DNA of 64,000 nucleotides from the human T2T-CHM13v2.0 reference genome, Homo sapiens. The notes below the pieces were generated by a model, which ran no database searches, was not told the DNA's origin, and was given only the letters and a program-made list of their open reading frames with translations. The position numbers and the translations under genes are program-made. Within the stretch, counting starts at the first letter, position 1, and every line of letters begins with the position of its first letter. Below, piece after piece: positions 57,012-64,000 of the stretch. Where the stretch lies: assembly GCF_009914755.1 (NCBI RefSeq), contig NC_060926.1; one strand, written 5' to 3'.

Positions 57012-57459
57012 AACATAGTGATCTATCAATGTAGTTTTAATTAGAATTTCTATGATGACTAATGATTTTATCCTTTTTTGTGCTTATTGGCCATTCATAT
57101 ATCTTCTTCTATGAAGATATACAAAAGATATATTTATTTTTGCATCTTATTAGGTTATTTGTCCTTTAATTGTTGAGTTGTATAAATTCTTAATATTTCT
57201 GGATACAATTCATTTTTAGAAATACGTTTTGTGGTTTTGTATTTTCTCTGTACTAGTCTTCTTATTTTCTAAATGATGCCTTTTTAAGAGCTGAACTTCA
57301 AAATTTTGATGAAGTACAATTTGTCAATTTTTTTTGATTAATTGTTTTTATGGCCTAAGATCTTTTTCCATCTCAAGGTCAAGGATTTTCTCTTATGCTT
57401 TCTTCTAAGAATGTTAGGGTTTATGTTAAGAATTATGATTCATTTTGAGTTTATATTTG

Positions 57460-57517
57460 TATATATACACATATGTGTATATGTATAAATTTGTATATAT
57501 ATATATACGTATATATG
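57460..57517. repeat. (TA)n/(TG)-interrupted simple repeat
   Basis: Read directly. Confidence 0.8.
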
Positions 57518-58076
57518 AGGAATTGTTCAGTGCTTATTTTTTCCTATGTAGATATTCAGTTGTTACAGCACTATTTACTGAAAAAGACTATTCTTTTGTC
57601 CATTGAAATTACCTGGGCGGCATTGTCTAAAATTAATTGACTATGTTGTTGTGGGTTTATTTATGTACTCTCTATTCTGTTCCATGAATCTATATATCTA
57701 CCTTTATGCCAAAAATAAGTTTTATTTTAAGCTTTATAATACATTTTAAAAACCAGGCAAGAGTTTTTTTCCTCCAGTTTTGTCTTTTTTCAAAATTACT
57801 TTGGCTATTCTTAGTCCTTTGCATTTCTCTATAAGTTTTAGGATCAACTTTCAACCTCTGCAAGAAAGACTGCTAAGATTTTGATTGGAATAGTATTAAA
57901 TCTATAGATTAATTTGGGTAAAACTGGTGTCTTAACAATATTAAGTCTTCTGCTCCACCAGTGTATTATATCTCTCCATGTATTTACATCTTCTTTGATT
58001 TCACTCAGCAATATTTTGTAGTTTTCTGTGCATGGATCTCACATACATTTTGTGAAATTAATCCCTAAGTATGACA

Positions 58077-58374
58077 TTTTTTTTTTTTTTTTTGACAGAG
58101 TCTCACTCTGCCACCCAGGCTGAAATGCAGTGGTGCAATCTTGGCTCACTGCAACCTCTGCCTCCCAGATTCGAGTTATTCTCCTGCCTCAGCCTCCTGA
58201 GTAGCAGGGATTACAGCTGCCTGCCACCACGCCTGGCTAATTTTTTGTATTTTTGGTAGAGATGGGGTTTTACCATGTTGACCAGGCTGGTCTCAAACTC
58301 CTGATCTCAGGTGATCCACTCACCTCAGCCTCCCAAAGTGCTAGGATTACAGGTGTGAGCCACTGCACCTGGCC
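58077..58374 (-). mobile_element. AluS
   Basis: T tract plus full Alu reverse complement. Confidence 0.92.
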
Positions 58375-59009
58375 AATTACATGCTTTTTGATGCTATTGT
58401 AAGTGACATTTAAAAATTTGAATTTCCAAGTGTTTATTGCTAGTTTGTAGAAATATTTTGATTTTGGAATATTAACCTAGTATCCTGCAACCTTACTATA
58501 CACACTGAGAGTTATAATTTTTACATAATTTTTTTCCAGCTTTATTGAGATATCATTAACAAATAAAGGAGTCTTTCTACAGAGTCATGTCAGCTGTTTG
58601 GCTTTGTTCTTTCTAATATGTATGTATTTTCTTCCCTTTTCTTGCCTCATTGCCATAGCTAGGACTTCAAGAACAATGTTGAGTAGATGTGGTGAGAGTA
58701 GACATCTTTGCCTTTTTCTCAATCTTAGAGAGAAAGCAATCATTCCTTCACCATTGAACATGGTGTGAGCTGTGGGTTTTTTATAGATTTCCTTTGTCAG
58801 AATTAGAAAATTTTCTTCTAGTTTGCTGAGAGTTTTTATCAGGAATAGATATTACATTTTGTCAAATATACTTTTTTCTGCATCTATTGAGATGCAGATC
58901 ATATATAGACATATATTTTATTCAACAAAATGGTGAATTGGTGAACTATATTAATTGGTTCCATGATGTTAAATCACTAAGAAAACTTTTTTTGGTCATG
59001 GTATATTAT

Positions 59010-64000
<4,991 letters not shown>

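Larger units (their letters stand above)
53740..59005 (-). mobile_element. Old L1 (L1MB/ME-type) hosting MST, the WDR55-like insert and an Alu
   Basis: Continuous antisense L1 3'UTR/ORF2 text between the inserts. Confidence 0.75.

Overview
Repeat-rich primate (very likely human) genomic DNA, not microbial. The only intact protein-coding sequence I can support is the 3' end of PTH2R (parathyroid hormone 2 receptor, class B1 GPCR) on the + strand. It has four GT-AG exons (20842-20936, 28790-28928, 30417-30458, 33042-33437) encoding TM5 end/ICL3, TM6-TM7 and the C-tail, followed by a ~0.85 kb 3'UTR. The rest is intron and downstream DNA filled with Alu, L1, L2, MIR, MaLR (two-LTR THE1 and MST elements, MLT1), ERV solo LTRs (MER11D-, LTR9- and MER72-like) and DNA transposon relics. 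Two gene-derived inserts sit inside old L1s: a decayed H3.3 (H3F3A-type) processed pseudogene, and a WDR55-like fragment that keeps two introns yet has a poly(A)-like tail on the antisense strand. I found no evidence of a new multi-gene biological system. The best second-look items are the intron-retaining WDR55 insert, a candidate 5-nt microexon that would remove the receptor's C-tail, an inverted templated copy inside the THE1 3' LTR, a MADE1 whose left arm is replaced by an inverted copy of its flank, and several local duplications. Repeat subfamily names come from recalled consensus sequences, and boundaries of old repeats are approximate.
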